This document shows positions 62,610-64,000 of a DNA stretch of 64,000 nt, in pieces. Each line of letters begins with the position of its first letter. The first letter of the stretch is position 1. The notes beneath the pieces were generated by a model. It saw only the letters and a program-made list of their open reading frames with translations. It did not search any database and was not told the origin of the DNA. The position numbers and the translations under genes were made by a program. The stretch is taken from contig NC_068989.1 in NCBI RefSeq assembly GCF_001194135.2, forward strand, positions 38,268,046 through 38,332,045, in the 5' to 3' direction. The DNA comes from Octopus bimaculoides. Its lineage: Eukaryota.

Positions 62610-62888
62610 ACTTTATTTAAAAGCAGCAGAAATCTAACAAAAGACTGTTACTTGGAGTTTCATGTTCCCGTTCATCGGACAGTTTTGTTAGAAATGGGAA
62701 AGGAATTGAAACCACAATCTGTTATTCCTTTCCCATTTCTAACAAAACTGCCCGCTGAACGGGAACGTGAAACTCCGAGTAACAGTCTTTTATATTTCTG
62801 CTGCTTTTAAATAAAGCATATTACTCTACCTCTGGTATTTGAGTACACTTTTTTCGTCATTGTTGCACATTTTATGTGCTTACTCCGG
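62610..62888. mobile_element. Palindromic element P2: arms of about 95 bp, 17-nt spacer, a hammerhead-like motif in each arm, 13-bp TSD
   Basis: 62611-62706 is the reverse complement of 62724-62816. TATAAGTATATAT occurs at 62597-62609 and 62889-62901. The right arm has a 3' extension of about 70 bp. Confidence 0.85.
62644..62683 (-). ncRNA. Minimal type-I hammerhead-like motif (P2 left arm); mirror copy at 62747-62786 on +
   Basis: Reverse complement: ACTGT CCGATGA ACG-GGAA-CAT GAAA CT-CCA-AG TA ACAGT, with 5-bp stem I and a GUA triplet. The right arm has perfect stem II ACG-GGAA-CGT but core CCGCTGA. Both arms carry U4C. Confidence 0.65.
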
Positions 62889-62944
62889 TATAAGTATATA
62901 TGTATATGCATATATATATATAAATATATACATATGTATGAGTG

Positions 62945-63130
62945 TGAGGATTCATGGCCTTGTGGTTAGGTTGTTGAACTCATGATTGTGAGATTGTTGT
63001 TTGAATTCCTAGACCATGTGGTGTATTGTATTCTTGAGCTAAACACTTAATCACATAATGCTTTGTGATCACTTTACCACCTGATGCATGATGCACCATG
63101 CACCTGTTCTGTCAATATTGATTTGATGGA
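62945..63130 (+). mobile_element. Diverged tRNA-derived SINE
   Basis: TGGCCTTGTGGTTAGG A box, GTTTGAATTCC B-box relic, then CTTGAGCTAAACACT as in family C. Confidence 0.55.
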
Positions 63131-64000
63131 GGCAGTGAACTAATGATTACTATATGTACCTTTGATTACTTTAAAAAGATCATTTGTATAGGTTGTTCAG
63201 CAAAAGATATCATCTTTGACATGAGAGGGTATCATATCAATATGTGTGTATATCTATGTATCTGTGTACATCTATGCATATGTGTGTGTATATATGTATA
63301 TGTGTGTATATATATATATGTATATATGTGAACAGGTATGCATATATGTGTATATATATATTTACGTATGTATATGTGTATGTGCGTATATGTATGTGTA
63401 TCTCTCTGGATGTTTTGTCCCTTTCTTGTATCACCTACTGTTCGGATGTTTTGCGTTCTTGTCCCATTTTGTATTATTTATATATGTATGTGACTATATG
63501 TATGTATATGTGTAAATATATGCATGTATATGTGTATATTTATCTGTATGTTTGTATATATATGTCTGTATATGTGTATATATGTATGTATATGTGTGTA
63601 TATATGTATGTATAAGTGTATGTATATATGTATGTGCTGTATAGTGAAATTGTACACCCCTCCTGGTAAAAAAAATGGAAGTAGCCAGCCATTATAAATA
63701 GACCAGTAGCCAGTTTGCAGGCAGAAAGTCAACAACATGTGTAGGTAGTGTTGATAGTCATGTTTGTGTTGATACAGTAATTATACTATGATACTGAGTG
63801 GACATTATAATGATCCAACTTGTTGAGGATAATAACACTACGACTGGGGGAGGGGCCATGCAGTGCCAGAGAGAAACATTCTATCGATAACTTTGGAATA
63901 TAACAATATATGTCAGAGCGACAACCATTGTCAAAAGACAGATACAATATGGCTTTACAACAGTATGTATATGTGTGTGTAATATATATATATATATATA

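Noticed and set aside
61907-63738. Many overlapping Y/I/M/C/V/H-rich ORFs
   Set aside because: Translations of compound microsatellites on both strands; no coding signal.

Overview
AT-rich, repeat-dominated eukaryotic genomic DNA with 11 assembly gaps, most flanked by (TA)n microsatellites. The SINE/LINE repertoire matches my recollection of octopus (coleoid cephalopod) repeats; this is an inference and no search was run. No intact, recognisable host protein-coding gene is visible, and the ORF-track entries are microsatellite, gap or decayed-TE artefacts. The window contains: many tRNA-derived SINEs of at least three families; a 5'-truncated RTE LINE (60.5-62.0 kb) plus several copies of its 3' UTR; a chimeric R4/Dong-type RLE retrotransposon remnant (49.2-50.5 kb); two decayed CR1-type LINEs; and a Helitron 3' end. 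The most interesting signal is a set of short palindromic insertions from at least three sequence families. Each carries a minimal type-I hammerhead-ribozyme-like motif in both arms, pointing outward. Three of them have 13-bp target-site duplications. One family (5.4 kb and 13.0 kb) places a tRNA-derived Pol III head at the palindrome centre, suggesting a Penelope-mobilised, hammerhead-tailed SINE-like element. All motifs but one are visibly mutated, and none is shown to be active. A few isolated candidate host exons are listed at low confidence.
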